A stretch of DNA of 64,000 bases from Nitrospinales bacterium (GCA_965262115.1 OZ253496.1:1664001-1728000); one strand, 5' to 3'; positions 30,750 through 41,605 are shown, numbered from the stretch's first letter. The notes: generated from the letters alone by a model not told the origin. A program made the numbers and translations.

Positions 30750-33179
30750 ATGTTTAAGCGATTCACAGAAAGGGCGCGAAGAGTCATCGTCCTTGCTCGC
30801 GAGGAAGCTGAGCTTTACCGCCATGAATATCTAGGAACAGAACATATTTTGCAGGGTGTTATTAAAGATGGCGGGGGTATTGCTGTTGCCATCGTTCAAA
30901 AAAGCGGAGTGGATCTGACTCAGTTGAAAAAGGAACTGGAGAAAAACCTGCCTCGCAGTTCAAACTCGCTGATCATTGGGGATATCCCCTTCACGTCCCG
31001 TGCTAAGAAGGTTTTGGAATTTGCGGTGGAGGAAGCGCGAGCTCTGAATCATAATTATATCGGCACCGAGCATCTTCTTCTGGGACTATTGAAGGAAAAA
31101 GAAGGTGTGGCTTGCCGGGTACTGAATAGTTTCGGAATGTTCTTTGATGATGTCCGGGAAAAAATTATGGAAATGTTCAAAGAACACACCGAGAGCAGCC
31201 GCGAAGTGGGCAAAACCCCGACGCTGGATGAATTCAGCCGTGACTTGACGAAGATGGCAATAGACGGGAAGTTGGATCCGATCATTGGCCGAGCCAAGGA
31301 AATCGAGCGGGTGATTCAGATTCTCAGCCGTCGCACCAAAAACAATCCGGTATTGATTGGCGAACCCGGTGTTGGCAAAACCGCGATCGTCGAAGGTCTG
31401 GCCCAACTTATTGTGGAACGGGAAGTACCGGATACGCTTTTTGAGAAACGCGTGGTCTCTTTGGATTTGGGTTCCCTGATTGCGGGCACCAAGTATCGCG
31501 GTCAGTTCGAAGCCCGCCTCAAAGGCATCATGAAAGAAATCATCCAGAATGACAGCGTCATTTTGTTTATCGACGAGCTGCATACCCTGGTAGGAGCGGG
31601 AGCCGCTGAGGGTTCGGTGGATGCTTCCAATATGCTCAAACCGGCTCTTTCCCGCGGTGAGATTCAGTGCATCGGCGCCACCACTCTGGAAGAATACCGA
31701 AAATACATTGAGAAGAACGGCGCGTTGGAAAGACGTTTTCAGCCCATCATTGTGAATCCACCAACAGTGGAAGAAACTATTGAGATCATCAAGGGGTTGA
31801 GGGTTCCGTATGAACTGCATCACCGGGCAAAAATCTCTGACGAAGCGATTGTCACGGCGGTTCGGTTTGCCGAGTGGTACATTAGCGACCGGTTCCTCCC
31901 CGATAAAGCTATTGATGTGATTGATGAAGCAGGGTCCCGGGTGCGTCTGCGTGAGATCACCAAATCTCCTGAGATGAAAAAAATTCAGCGCGATATAGAT
32001 GTTGTCGTTCGCGACAAGAAAATCTGCATCGAAAATCAGGAGTTTGAAAAGGCTGTTGAATTGCGCGATAAGGAAGAAGAGTTACGCGAAAACCTGGAAG
32101 TGGTGAAGGCAGACTGGGATAAAGGTCGCGATACCAGTGAACCCAGCATTACAGAAGATGATATTGCCGCTGTTGTTTCCAGCATGACCGGAATACCGCT
32201 TTCTAGAATTGAGGAGAAAGAAAGTGCCCGCCTGATCAACATGGAAAAAGAACTGGCTGGTAAAGTGGTTGGGCAGGGTGAGGCCATCAAGGTGTTGACG
32301 AAGGCGATTCGCCGGTCCCGCTCAGGCTTGAAAGATATGAAAAGGCCGATTGGCACATTTCTTTTTCTTGGCCCCACCGGTGTTGGTAAAACCGAGCTGG
32401 CAAAAGTTCTGGCGGAATTTCTGTTTGGCAATGAGGACGCGCTCATCCGGTTGGATATGTCGGAGTATATGGAAAAATTCAACGTGTCCCGTTTGACAGG
32501 AGCACCTCCAGGATATGTCGGCTATGAGGAAGGCGGCCAGTTGACAGAAAAGGTACGCCGTAAACCTTATTCGGTGGTCCTCTTTGACGAGATCGAAAAA
32601 GCCAATCCGGATATCTACCATCTCCTGTTGCAGATCATGGACGATGGTCGGTTGACCGATAGCTATGGTCGGGTGATAGATTTCAAGAATACGGTTGTGA
32701 TTCTTACCTCCAACATCAGTTCCCGGATGTTGGAAAAAGGAACCAGTCTTGGATTTCACAAGGATGACGATGAACTGAACTACGACAAGATGCAAAAGGA
32801 ATTGAAGCAGGACTTGAAAAAGACCTTCAATCCCGAATTTCTCAACCGGTTGAGTGAGACGGTGGTCTTCCGTCCCCTGGAATTGGAAAATATTGTCGAG
32901 ATTCTCGATGTTCAGTTGAACATTCTCAATGAGCAATTGATTCAGCAGGGATTGACCATTGATGTGACTCCCGATGCGAAAAAATGGCTGGCTGAAAAGG
33001 GCTTCGATGCTAATTTTGGTGCCCGGCCTTTGAAACGAGCAATTCAAAAACATTTGGAAGATGCCTTGTCCGATGAAATGCTCAAAGGTCGATTCAAAAA
33101 CGACGGACTCATTGAGATTAGCTTGCAGGATGACGCCCTGGTTTTTGTTGAAAAATCCGGGGCTCTCAATGTCGGTTGA
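30750..33179 (+). CDS. clpC: ATP-dependent Clp protease ATP-binding subunit ClpC
   Basis: Two Clp-N repeats, GEPGVGKT and GPTGVGKT Walker A motifs, UVR coiled coil, LGF loop. Confidence 0.93.
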   Translation: MFKRFTERARRVIVLAREEAELYRHEYLGTEHILQGVIKDGGGIAVAIVQKSGVDLTQLKKELEKNLPRSSNSLIIGDIPFTSRAKKVLEFAVEEARALNHNYIGTEHLLLGLLKEKEGVACRVLNSFGMFFDDVREKIMEMFKEHTESSREVGKTPTLDEFSRDLTKMAIDGKLDPIIGRAKEIERVIQILSRRTKNNPVLIGEPGVGKTAIVEGLAQLIVEREVPDTLFEKRVVSLDLGSLIAGTKYRGQFEARLKGIMKEIIQNDSVILFIDELHTLVGAGAAEGSVDASNMLKPALSRGEIQCIGATTLEEYRKYIEKNGALERRFQPIIVNPPTVEETIEIIKGLRVPYELHHRAKISDEAIVTAVRFAEWYISDRFLPDKAIDVIDEAGSRVRLREITKSPEMKKIQRDIDVVVRDKKICIENQEFEKAVELRDKEEELRENLEVVKADWDKGRDTSEPSITEDDIAAVVSSMTGIPLSRIEEKESARLINMEKELAGKVVGQGEAIKVLTKAIRRSRSGLKDMKRPIGTFLFLGPTGVGKTELAKVLAEFLFGNEDALIRLDMSEYMEKFNVSRLTGAPPGYVGYEEGGQLTEKVRRKPYSVVLFDEIEKANPDIYHLLLQIMDDGRLTDSYGRVIDFKNTVVILTSNISSRMLEKGTSLGFHKDDDELNYDKMQKELKQDLKKTFNPEFLNRLSETVVFRPLELENIVEILDVQLNILNEQLIQQGLTIDVTPDAKKWLAEKGFDANFGARPLKRAIQKHLEDALSDEMLKGRFKNDGLIEISLQDDALVFVEKSGALNVG

Positions 33180-33341
33180 TGGATTTTTCTTTGTTTAAAC
33201 GGAAGCAATGACGACAAAAAATATTTAAGGTATTAAGTTTCAGTGGGTCATACTGCTGAAACTTAGTACTTTTTTTTGCCTGGAAATGCAGGTGAGGTTT
33301 TACCTCTGATAACTCAAAAAAATTTAGATAGTTCTGGCCGA

Positions 33342-35621
33342 ATGTTGAAAAAAGCCCACATTTTTTTTGCGGCCCTGATTGGTTTTACTCTTCTTATCTC
33401 GGTCCCCTTTGTGTTTGCTCAAGAAGGTGAAAACATCCAGTCCGTGAAGGTGCAAGGGAACAAGAGGATTGACGAGTCAACGATCCTCTATTACATCAAA
33501 TCCAAGCCCGGCACCGTTTTCTCCAAAAAACAAATCCGTGAGGATATCGAGCAAATATACAGCCTGGGGCAATTCAAGGACATCCGTGTTGAAACGCGCG
33601 AGACCCTGAAGGGGCTGGAGGTTGAATTTTTTGTCGAAGAGATTCCTTCAATTGAGGATGTTGAAATCGTGGGGACTGACAGGGTTGACGCGAATGACAT
33701 CCGGGAAAAAATTAGGCTCAAGCGGGGAGCGACTTTTAGTGATCACCTGGTTCTGGAAAACAGTGAGGAAATCCTCAAGCTTTATCGTGAGAAAGGATAC
33801 TTTTTTGCCCAGGTAAATATCGATACCCAGTCCGGTCAGGAAAACATGGTTAACGTTACCATCAGGATCAAGGAAGGAGAAAAGGTAAAAATTGAAAAGA
33901 TCCGTTTTTCAGGAAACAGATCCTTTCCGGATAAAGAACTCCGTGAACAGATGGAAACTCAGGAAAGGACCTGGTATTCCTTTATAGATGATTCAGGAGT
34001 GTACCAAAAAGATATCTTGAAGCTGGATATGTTCCGGGTAGAAGGTTTTTACCACGATCACGGTTTTCTCAGGATCAAGGTATTGGAGCCTCGTATAGAG
34101 ATCAACAAAAAATCCAGGGAAGTTCATATTGCTATCCCGGTTGAGGAAGGTCCGCAGTTTCGCGTGAAGACTTTGGACTTGAGTGATGATGATGCGGTTT
34201 CTCCGGATGAAATTCAAAAAAGCATTCAGACGAAGGTTGGCGACATCTACAATGTGTCCCAGCTTCGTCAGGATATTTTAACGATCACTGATTTGTACTC
34301 CCAAAAAGGTTATGCCTATGCTGACGCGAACCCGATATCCAAGTTAAACGATGAAGATCGCACCGTTGATTTGTCCATTGAAGTCGATAAAGGCAAAAAG
34401 GTTTATGTTGGCAATATTGAAATTCTGGGAAATATTAAAACCCGGGACAATGTTATCCGCCGTGAATTCCGGCTGAAGGAAGGGGAGTTGTTTGACGGTT
34501 CCAAATTGAAGCGGAGTAAACAACGGGTCAACAACCTCAACTTTTTTGAAGATGTCAAGATTGATACCCATAGAGGCCAGGATCCTGACCTCATTGATAT
34601 CCTCACGACAGTGACAGAAAGGCCGACCGGGTCGTTTTCAGTAGGTGCTGGTTTTAGCTCGGTTGAGAATTTGATTTTTACTACCTCCATCACCCAGGAC
34701 AACCTGCTCGGAAATGGTCAGAGGCTGAGCTTGAATGCCCAGTTGTCCTCCATCCGTTCGGATTTTAATTTAAGCTTCACCGAGCCGCGTTTGTTTGATT
34801 CCGAAATACTATTTGGAGTCGATGCGTTTAATGAGGAGCAGGATTTTCTCAGCTTCGATTCCCAATCAATCGGAGGCGGTATTCGCCTGGGTAAAAATAT
34901 TTCTGAGTATGATTCAGTTAACCTCAGATACCGATTTGAGGATGTAGAGGTGACGGGGGTGGCCGCAGACGATGAAACGGAGTTTTTTAAGAATGAGACC
35001 CGCGTGACCAGCAGAATTGCTCCCACCTATGTTCATGATTCGCGGGATAATTTTTTAAATCCTTCCAGGGGATGGAGGCATGTGGTAGGATTTGAACTCG
35101 CCGGCCTGGGAGGCGCTAAATTCACCAAATCCTTTTATGAAGTGACGTACTACCACCCCCTGTGGGGGAAGCTTGTTGGTGCGGCGCACGCCCGGATTAA
35201 TTACGCGGCGGGGTATGGTGGAGAAAAGCTTCCAAGTTTTGAAAGGTACTTCATGGGAGGGCCGACTTCCCTCAGAGGCTTTACGATTGAAGATGTCGGG
35301 CCAAAAGATAGGGATGGCGATCCGGTAGGGGGTAACCAGGCACTTCTTTTGAATTTGGAATTACAGTACCCCTTTACCAAATCTTTTCGCGGGTTTGTGT
35401 TTTATGACCGTGGTAATGTTTATGGCAGTCGTCCTGACACTGGTACTGCATCTACTACATCCGATAATTTTGACTTGGGAAAAATGCGCAGCAGCGTAGG
35501 CGCGGGTATTCGTTTTATCAGTCCTTTTGGCCCACTGGGTTTTGCCTATGGCATCAAGCTGGACAAGGAAACTGGCGAAGAGGCGGCAGAATTTCATTTC
35601 TCGGCAGGAAGCGCATTTTAA
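33342..35621 (+). CDS. bamA: Outer membrane protein assembly factor BamA
   Basis: Signal peptide, POTRA domains, LRGF motif, SPFGP and terminal Phe. Confidence 0.95.
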   Translation: MLKKAHIFFAALIGFTLLISVPFVFAQEGENIQSVKVQGNKRIDESTILYYIKSKPGTVFSKKQIREDIEQIYSLGQFKDIRVETRETLKGLEVEFFVEEIPSIEDVEIVGTDRVDANDIREKIRLKRGATFSDHLVLENSEEILKLYREKGYFFAQVNIDTQSGQENMVNVTIRIKEGEKVKIEKIRFSGNRSFPDKELREQMETQERTWYSFIDDSGVYQKDILKLDMFRVEGFYHDHGFLRIKVLEPRIEINKKSREVHIAIPVEEGPQFRVKTLDLSDDDAVSPDEIQKSIQTKVGDIYNVSQLRQDILTITDLYSQKGYAYADANPISKLNDEDRTVDLSIEVDKGKKVYVGNIEILGNIKTRDNVIRREFRLKEGELFDGSKLKRSKQRVNNLNFFEDVKIDTHRGQDPDLIDILTTVTERPTGSFSVGAGFSSVENLIFTTSITQDNLLGNGQRLSLNAQLSSIRSDFNLSFTEPRLFDSEILFGVDAFNEEQDFLSFDSQSIGGGIRLGKNISEYDSVNLRYRFEDVEVTGVAADDETEFFKNETRVTSRIAPTYVHDSRDNFLNPSRGWRHVVGFELAGLGGAKFTKSFYEVTYYHPLWGKLVGAAHARINYAAGYGGEKLPSFERYFMGGPTSLRGFTIEDVGPKDRDGDPVGGNQALLLNLELQYPFTKSFRGFVFYDRGNVYGSRPDTGTASTTSDNFDLGKMRSSVGAGIRFISPFGPLGFAYGIKLDKETGEEAAEFHFSAGSAF

Positions 35622-35642
35622 ATTTTAAAAAGGATCAGATTT

Positions 35643-36185
35643 ATGCGATTGACAATTTTTCGGAAGTTCAGAATCATCTGCCCACTACTCATTTTGGGTT
35701 TTTTAGTTTGCGGACCTTTTGCAGTTTCGTCTTTTGCCGCAGATAGCCGGATAGGGTTTCTGAATATTCAAAAAGCGGTTTCCAGTACCAAGGAGTGGAA
35801 AACCAGGTTTAAAAAATTTAAAACGGATTTCACCAAAGAGAAGAAAAGAATCAAGGTTAAGGAACGGAAGATCAAAAAAATGTTGGAGGATTTGAATAAA
35901 CAAAGCTTTGTTCTGGATCCGAAGCTGAAAAAGAAAAAAGAAGACACATTTAGAAAAGAAAAAGTTGCTTTTGAAAGATATGTCCAGGACCAGAACGCGG
36001 AGTTCGGTAAAAAAGAAAAAGAAATGGCCCAAAAAATCCTGCTTAAAATGATGGGGATCATAAAAAAAATCGGCAAAGAAAAGAAATATACAATGATCCT
36101 GGAGCAGAAGTCGGTTCTATATCACGATAAAGGAAACGATTTGACGGGCATTGCGACCCGGGCCTATAACAGGGCTAATAAATAG
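35643..36185 (+). CDS. skp: OmpH/Skp periplasmic chaperone, copy 1
   Basis: Signal peptide, IGFLN, Lys-rich coiled coil, YTMIL...DLT; lies after bamA. Confidence 0.88.
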   Translation: MRLTIFRKFRIICPLLILGFLVCGPFAVSSFAADSRIGFLNIQKAVSSTKEWKTRFKKFKTDFTKEKKRIKVKERKIKKMLEDLNKQSFVLDPKLKKKKEDTFRKEKVAFERYVQDQNAEFGKKEKEMAQKILLKMMGIIKKIGKEKKYTMILEQKSVLYHDKGNDLTGIATRAYNRANK

Positions 36186-36275
36186 TTTCTGGTTATGCTC
36201 CAGCTAAAATAACCTGCTCGACTCCCGCGCTTGAACTCGCTGAAATTTCCAGAAAAGTCATAGGCATTCAACAGT

Positions 36276-36343
36276 GAGACCTTTGCATAACCTCGAAGGG
36301 GTAATCTCGCTTTTCTGTTTTTTTCGACTTATGCAAAGCTCTC
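36276..36343. mobile_element. Family A MITE, internally deleted (duplicated at 37096-37163)
   Basis: TIRs GAGACCTTTGCATAA / TTATGCAAAGCTCTC; 9-bp TSD TTCAACAGT/TTTAACAGT; carries a CCTCGAAGGGGTA family B remnant. Confidence 0.8.
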
Positions 36344-36462
36344 TTTAACAGTAAGAATGGACTCCTGATATGATGGATATTAATGAAATCAAGAAAATCA
36401 TACCCCATAGATATCCTTTCTCGGCAGGAAGCGCATTTTAAATTTTAAAAAGGATCAGATTT

Positions 36463-37005
36463 ATGCGATTGACAATTTTTCGGAAGTTCAGAATCATCTG
36501 CCCACTACTCATTTTGGGTTTTTTAGTTTGCGGACCTTTTGCAGTTTCGTCTTTTGCCGCAGATAGCCGGATAGGGTTTCTGAATATTCAAAAAGCGGTT
36601 TCCAGTACCAAGGAGTGGAAAACCAGGTTTAAAAAATTTAAAACGGATTTCACCAAAGAGAAGAAAAGAATCAAGGTTAAGGAACGGAAGATCAAAAAAA
36701 TGTTGGAGGATTTGAATAAACAAAGCTTTGTTCTGGATCCGAAGCTGAAAAAGAAAAAAGAAGACACATTTAGAAAAGAAAAAGTTGCTTTTGAAAGATA
36801 TGTCCAGGACCAGAACGCGGAGTTCGGTAAAAAAGAAAAAGAAATGGCCCAAAAAATCCTGCTTAAAATGATGGGGATCATAAAAAAAATCGGCAAAGAA
36901 AAGAAATATACAATGATCCTGGAGCAGAAGTCGGTTCTATATCACGATAAAGGAAACGATTTGACGGGCATTGCGACCCGGGCCTATAACAGGGCTAATA
37001 AATAG
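36463..37005 (+). CDS. skp: OmpH/Skp periplasmic chaperone, copy 2 (identical)
   Basis: Identical protein to 35643-36185. Confidence 0.85.
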   Translation: MRLTIFRKFRIICPLLILGFLVCGPFAVSSFAADSRIGFLNIQKAVSSTKEWKTRFKKFKTDFTKEKKRIKVKERKIKKMLEDLNKQSFVLDPKLKKKKEDTFRKEKVAFERYVQDQNAEFGKKEKEMAQKILLKMMGIIKKIGKEKKYTMILEQKSVLYHDKGNDLTGIATRAYNRANK

Positions 37006-37189
37006 TTTCTGGTTATGCTCCAGCTAAAATAACCTGCTCGACTCCCGCGCTTGAACTCGCTGAAATTTCCAGAAAAGTCATAGGCATTCAACAGTGAGAC
37101 CTTTGCATAACCTCGAAGGGGTAATCTCGCTTTTCTGTTTTTTTCGACTTATGCAAAGCTCTCTTTAACAGTAAGAATGGACTCCTGAT

Positions 37190-37621
37190 ATGATGGATAT
37201 TAATGAAATCAAGAAAATCATACCCCATAGATATCCTTTTCTGCTGGTTGATAAGATTATCGAATGTGATACGGACTCCCGAATTGTCGGCATCAAAAAT
37301 GTGACGATCAATGAACCTTTTTTTCAGGGTCATTTCCCGGAGTTCCCTGTCATGCCCGGTGTGCTGATTATCGAGGCTCTTGCGCAGGTCGCCTGCATCT
37401 TGGGAATTAAAATTATGAACAAGGAGGGTCAGGCTTCTGTGTTCTTCACTGGTATTGATAAGGCCAAATTCAGGAAGCCTGTGGTCCCGGGAGATCAATT
37501 GCGGCTGGAGTTGACTAAAATCAAGCAAAGGGGAACGCTTTTCCGGTTTGAAGGCAAAGCGTATGTAGGCGATGCTTTGGCTACTGAATGTACTATTCAG
37601 GCAATGCTCGGTAAAGACTGA
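37190..37621 (+). CDS. fabZ: 3-hydroxyacyl-ACP dehydratase
   Basis: PHRYPFLLVD and FFQGHFP..PVMPGVLIIEA. Confidence 0.96.
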   Translation: MMDINEIKKIIPHRYPFLLVDKIIECDTDSRIVGIKNVTINEPFFQGHFPEFPVMPGVLIIEALAQVACILGIKIMNKEGQASVFFTGIDKAKFRKPVVPGDQLRLELTKIKQRGTLFRFEGKAYVGDALATECTIQAMLGKD

Positions 37622-37701
37622 TATTGTAAAGGGTGGGCTTCACCATTTTTCATTTCACGTCTTTTTCCGGCTAATCATAAGATGACTATATCCTTGAGAA
37701 C

Positions 37702-38472
37702 GTGAACATTCATTCCAGCGCAATCATTCATCCAGATGCCGAATTGGCCCAAGGGGTTGGAGTGGGCCCTTTCACCACCATTGGCCCCAAGGCCCGGATC
37801 GGCGAGGGAACGGTTATAGGCCCCAACGTATTGATTGAAGCGGGGACGATCATTGGCAGGAACTGCAGGATTTTTCATGGTGCCTCGCTGGGCGGAGAAC
37901 CCCAGATTCTTAACTTTAAAAACGTTCCCGCCTCACTGGAAATTGGTGATGAAACTGTGGTGCGGGAATATGTCACCGTTCATCGATCAGGTTTCGAAAA
38001 TGGCGCTACCCGTGTCGGTAAGGGTTGCCTGCTCATGGCCTATTCGCATGTCGGCCATGACTGCGAAATAGGCGATGAGGTGGTGATTGTAAATAGCACG
38101 GCTTTATCTGGTCATGTTATGGTTGAAGACAAAGCCTTTATTTCGGGCCTGGTGGGCATCCATCAGTATGTCAGAATAGGTCGACATGCCATGGTTGGCG
38201 GGATGGCCCGTGTTGTTCAGGATGTCCTGCCTTTTTCCACTGTGGAGGGAAATCCGGGTCGGCTTTACAGCGCCAACGCGGCGGGACTCAAACGTGCAAA
38301 CTTCAAACCGGATGTCCGGGCTGCGATAAAAAAAGCCTTGAAATTCATTGCCCAACCGGAATTGAATACCAGGCAGGCTATGGAAAAGATCGCAGCTGAA
38401 ATTGAAATGTTTGATGAAATTAAGTACTTCATCGACTTTATAAATAATTCCTCCAGAGGAGTGACCAAATAG
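37702..38472 (+). CDS. lpxA: UDP-N-acetylglucosamine acyltransferase
   Basis: Hexapeptide repeats, MAYSHVGHDC and HQY.RIG. Confidence 0.95.
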   Translation: MNIHSSAIIHPDAELAQGVGVGPFTTIGPKARIGEGTVIGPNVLIEAGTIIGRNCRIFHGASLGGEPQILNFKNVPASLEIGDETVVREYVTVHRSGFENGATRVGKGCLLMAYSHVGHDCEIGDEVVIVNSTALSGHVMVEDKAFISGLVGIHQYVRIGRHAMVGGMARVVQDVLPFSTVEGNPGRLYSANAAGLKRANFKPDVRAAIKKALKFIAQPELNTRQAMEKIAAEIEMFDEIKYFIDFINNSSRGVTK

Positions 38473-39437
38473 TGGCAAAGGTAAGAGCTGGTGTGGTTGG
38501 AGTAGGTAGAATGGGTGAATATCATGTTGGAGTGCTATCCGAGATGCAGGGGGTAGATCTTGCCGGGGTGGTGGATGTTGATTCTCAGCGCCGAAAGACC
38601 ATCCAGGATACCTACCACATCCCCAACTATGCGGACCACAAGGATATTTTTGGCCAGATTGATATCGCAGTAGTCGCAGTACCGACAATGTTGCATTATC
38701 CTGTTACCAAAGACCTTCTTAATAATGGCATTCATGTTCTACTGGAAAAGCCCTGTTCCAATGATCTCAATCACGCCCACGAGCTTTTTCAGTTGGCTCA
38801 GGATAAGAGCCTGACTTTGCACATTGGTCACGTGGAACGTTTTAATGGGGCGGTGCAGGAACTCCACAAAATTGTTGAAGCTCCACTTTTTGTGGAGTGC
38901 AAGCGCATGGGGCCTTTCGCCGAAAGAATCATAGATGATGGAGTGGTCTTGGATATCATGATCCATGATATAGATATTATTCTTAACCTGATCAAATCCA
39001 GGGTGGTCACATGCCATGTTCTTGGGGCTTCGGTTTTTTCTGAAATAGATGACCTGGTGAGTGCCCAGCTCGAATTTGAAAATGGATGCATCGCCAATAT
39101 CGTTGCCAGCCGGGCTTCACAGAATAAGGTTCGAACTTTGTCGGTCACTCAGAAAGATTCTTTCGTGGTTTTGGATTACACCGATCAGGAAATTTATGTT
39201 CATCGCAAATCGTCTTCGGAGCATCAAGTGAGCAAGGGCTCACTGCGGTACAAGCAGGAATCGCTGGTCGAAAGAATTTTTGTCCACAAAGATAATCCCC
39301 TCAAGCTGGAGCTCCAGCATTTCATTGATTGCGTGAAAAATGGAAGCACTCGGAATGTTGCGGTGGATGATGAGCTTTATTCGCTGGAAATCGCCTTGGA
39401 TATTCTGGATCAGTTCAATAAAAAAAGAAAAAAATAG
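38472..39437 (+). CDS. Gfo/Idh/MocA oxidoreductase (GnnA-like)
   Basis: GVGRMG Rossmann fold, LLEKP, GHVERFN and DIMIHD; lies between lpxA and lpxI. Confidence 0.85.
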   Translation: MAKVRAGVVGVGRMGEYHVGVLSEMQGVDLAGVVDVDSQRRKTIQDTYHIPNYADHKDIFGQIDIAVVAVPTMLHYPVTKDLLNNGIHVLLEKPCSNDLNHAHELFQLAQDKSLTLHIGHVERFNGAVQELHKIVEAPLFVECKRMGPFAERIIDDGVVLDIMIHDIDIILNLIKSRVVTCHVLGASVFSEIDDLVSAQLEFENGCIANIVASRASQNKVRTLSVTQKDSFVVLDYTDQEIYVHRKSSSEHQVSKGSLRYKQESLVERIFVHKDNPLKLELQHFIDCVKNGSTRNVAVDDELYSLEIALDILDQFNKKRKK

Positions 39438-39539
39438 TTTCGCGGCCTGAACGAATAGCGCATCGCATGCCCATAAATTACTGCTAGCCTATAGCGACAA
39501 CGGCCGCACCTTCTGTAAATCTTCTTTTTGCCCTTCATT

Positions 39540-40346
39540 ATGGATGCCACCCATGAAAAAATAGGTCTTATCGCCGGAGCGGGAGAAGTTCCCGTATATT
39601 TTGCACGCAAAGCCAGCCAGCTGGGGATAAAAATTATCAGCGTGGGTTTCACAGAGGAAATCCAAAACGGTCTGGCTCCGTTTTCGGAAATGAGCTATTC
39701 GATTGGAGTCGGCCAGGCGGGGAAAATTCTTGAGACCTTTAAAAAGAACAATGTCAAAGATCTGTTGATTCTCGGCAAGGTTGAAAAAAGCGTCATTTTT
39801 AAATTGCAGAAATTTGATCTTAAGGCCCTTAAGTTCTTAAAAAATATTGTGACCCATGAAGATAAGGTATTGCTGTTAGGAATGATTGATGAACTTGCAA
39901 AGGAAGGATTCAGAGTTTTAAGTCAAAAAGAATTTTTGTCGGATATTTTTCCGTCCAAAGGAAACCTGACTAACCGGGTGCCCAGCAAACAGGAGTTGGC
40001 GGATATGGAATTTGGACTGCCTATTGCCCGAAAACTGGCGGATATGGAAATCGGTCAGACTCTCATCGTAAAAAACAAAACGGTGGTGGCCGTTGAAGCT
40101 CTGGAAGGAACAGATGAGGCCATTCAAAGAGGTTGTGAACTAGCCCAGGGGGAATGTGTGGTGATCAAGGTCAGCAGAACCAATCAGGATTACCGTTATG
40201 ACAGCCCCGGCATTGGACCGCAAACCATTCGTATGCTGAGCGAAGGATCGGTCCTGGCGCTGGAGGCAGAGCGAGTTATGGTGGTGGAACAGGAGAAAGT
40301 TCTTGAACTGGCTGATGCGGCAAAAATCGTCGTGACTTGTTACTAG
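39540..40346 (+). CDS. lpxI: UDP-2,3-diacylglucosamine diphosphatase LpxI
   Basis: IGLIAG.G, IGQ, VAVEALEGTD..I.R and QD.RYD.P.IG. Confidence 0.92.
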   Translation: MDATHEKIGLIAGAGEVPVYFARKASQLGIKIISVGFTEEIQNGLAPFSEMSYSIGVGQAGKILETFKKNNVKDLLILGKVEKSVIFKLQKFDLKALKFLKNIVTHEDKVLLLGMIDELAKEGFRVLSQKEFLSDIFPSKGNLTNRVPSKQELADMEFGLPIARKLADMEIGQTLIVKNKTVVAVEALEGTDEAIQRGCELAQGECVVIKVSRTNQDYRYDSPGIGPQTIRMLSEGSVLALEAERVMVVEQEKVLELADAAKIVVTCY

Positions 40347-40417
40347 GTCTGGCGAGCCGCCGGTGGCTGTGATACTCCCAACATTAGCTTCATGCCCCGA
40401 AGCAACTGTGTTAAATG

Positions 40418-41368
40418 TCAAGTGCTGGCAATGAGATTTTCATTCCAGAGTGTTTTTGTTTTGATCATGGTATTGATGATCGTTAATAACTTTCTCATGC
40501 ATGCGGTAATGGCAACTTTAAAGGGTTTGCCCTTTTCGATGAGGCGTGTGTAAAAGGTACGAATCACGGGATTATGCTGCATGGCAGTGACGGCGGCCAT
40601 GTATAAAGCGGCACGCACATTGGCGCGACCGCCCCAGATACACCGGCGGCCCCGGAACTTTCCGCTGTCCCGATTGAGGGGAGCGAGACCGATGAGGGCG
40701 GCGATTTGCTTCTGATTAAGAACTCCAAGTTCCGGAACCCCGGCCAAGAGGTTGACAGCCAGAACGGGACCGGCACCGGGAACACTTTGTATGATCTGGT
40801 CGTGCTCACGCCAGGCAGAACTGTTTTTGATGGTTCTGGAAAGGTCGCCATCGATTTTTCGCAAGCGTTTTTTAAGAGATTCGATATGCTCCTTAATGTC
40901 TTTACATATCCATTTTGGAGCTTGTTTTAGACGGGTTTTTTCTTTGGTCAGCATCTCGATCAACTGGCGACGGCGTGTCACTAGAGCTGAGAGTTCAAGA
41001 GATTCTTCGTCTTTGATTTTCCTGACCTCAGGACGTATGGCCTTGGCAAAATGGGCCAGCACAAGAGAATCAATGACATCGGTTTTTGCCAGTTTCCCGG
41101 TGGCTTTGGCAAAATCACGAACTTGCCGTGGGTTGACCACGGCTACTGGCAGTCGACCCGCAACCAGGGCCGAAGCCAACGGGATCTCTAAGCCGCCTGT
41201 GGCTTCCAAAACGATCAATGGAGGATTTAAGGCGGATAAACTCTCGACCAAACCAGCAATCCCTTCTTCATTGTTAGCGGTTTGCCAGGTTTCTTGAGTC
41301 ATGCTGTCAGCAACATCCAGATGGAGTTTAGAAATATCGATGCCAATAAAATGGGGTTTCTGATTCAT
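40418..41368 (-). CDS. IS110 DEDD recombinase/transposase (intact, 316 aa)
   Basis: GIDISK, LEATG and KTDVID give the DEDD tetrad; SVPGAG, RDSG catalytic Ser, GGRANVRAALY and ACMRKLL. Confidence 0.96.
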   Translation of the reverse strand: MNQKPHFIGIDISKLHLDVADSMTQETWQTANNEEGIAGLVESLSALNPPLIVLEATGGLEIPLASALVAGRLPVAVVNPRQVRDFAKATGKLAKTDVIDSLVLAHFAKAIRPEVRKIKDEESLELSALVTRRRQLIEMLTKEKTRLKQAPKWICKDIKEHIESLKKRLRKIDGDLSRTIKNSSAWREHDQIIQSVPGAGPVLAVNLLAGVPELGVLNQKQIAALIGLAPLNRDSGKFRGRRCIWGGRANVRAALYMAAVTAMQHNPVIRTFYTRLIEKGKPFKVAITACMRKLLTIINTMIKTKTLWNENLIAST

Positions 41369-41374
41369 AATTTG

Positions 41375-41584
41375 GTCTCCCAGCCTTGCCGATGCGGGCT
41401 CAGTGGCCCAGGCAACTGTTCGGGTTAATCAAAATAGGACACAACGATCTGCGCTTCGGGACGGGCTTAAAAGCCCAAGGGGTAAACGATCTATTGTGCC
41501 CTGAATCAAATCCTGGGAGCTTGTGGAAAACACAAAACCGGCTTCCCACAGGGCTCACAGGTACAACTACTACAAATTCCCCTT
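41375..41584 (-). ncRNA. Bridge RNA (5' stem-loop, target-binding loop, donor-binding loop)
   Basis: Target guides TTTACCCCT (41486-41478) and TCCCGAAG (41461-41454) flank a GGGC/GCCC stem; donor guides ACAGTTGC (41419-41412) and GCAAG (41389-41385); 5' hairpin at 41512-41561. Boundaries approximate. Confidence 0.85.
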
Positions 41585-41605
41585 ATGAACAACATACAAG
41601 GGGTA

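Larger units (their letters stand above)
35597..37239. repeat. Exact 820-bp tandem duplication (bamA 3' end, skp, MITE, fabZ 5' end)
   Basis: 35597-36419 matches 36417-37239, with TTT microhomology at the junction. Confidence 0.93.
40403..41600 (-). mobile_element. IS110-family element (IS621-like) with CT core
   Basis: No TIRs; the AG core (CT on the minus strand) lies at both 40401-40402 and 41599-41600; short right end and about 230-nt non-coding left end. Confidence 0.93.
40368..41605 (+). mobile_element. Family B micro-element split by IS110 (40368-40402 + 41601-41605)
   Basis: Rejoined sequence TGTGATACTCCCAACATTAGCTTCATGCCCCGAAGGGGTA is 40 bp; removing it restores GGTGGC|AACTGGCAA as seen at 55611. 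Confidence 0.85.
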
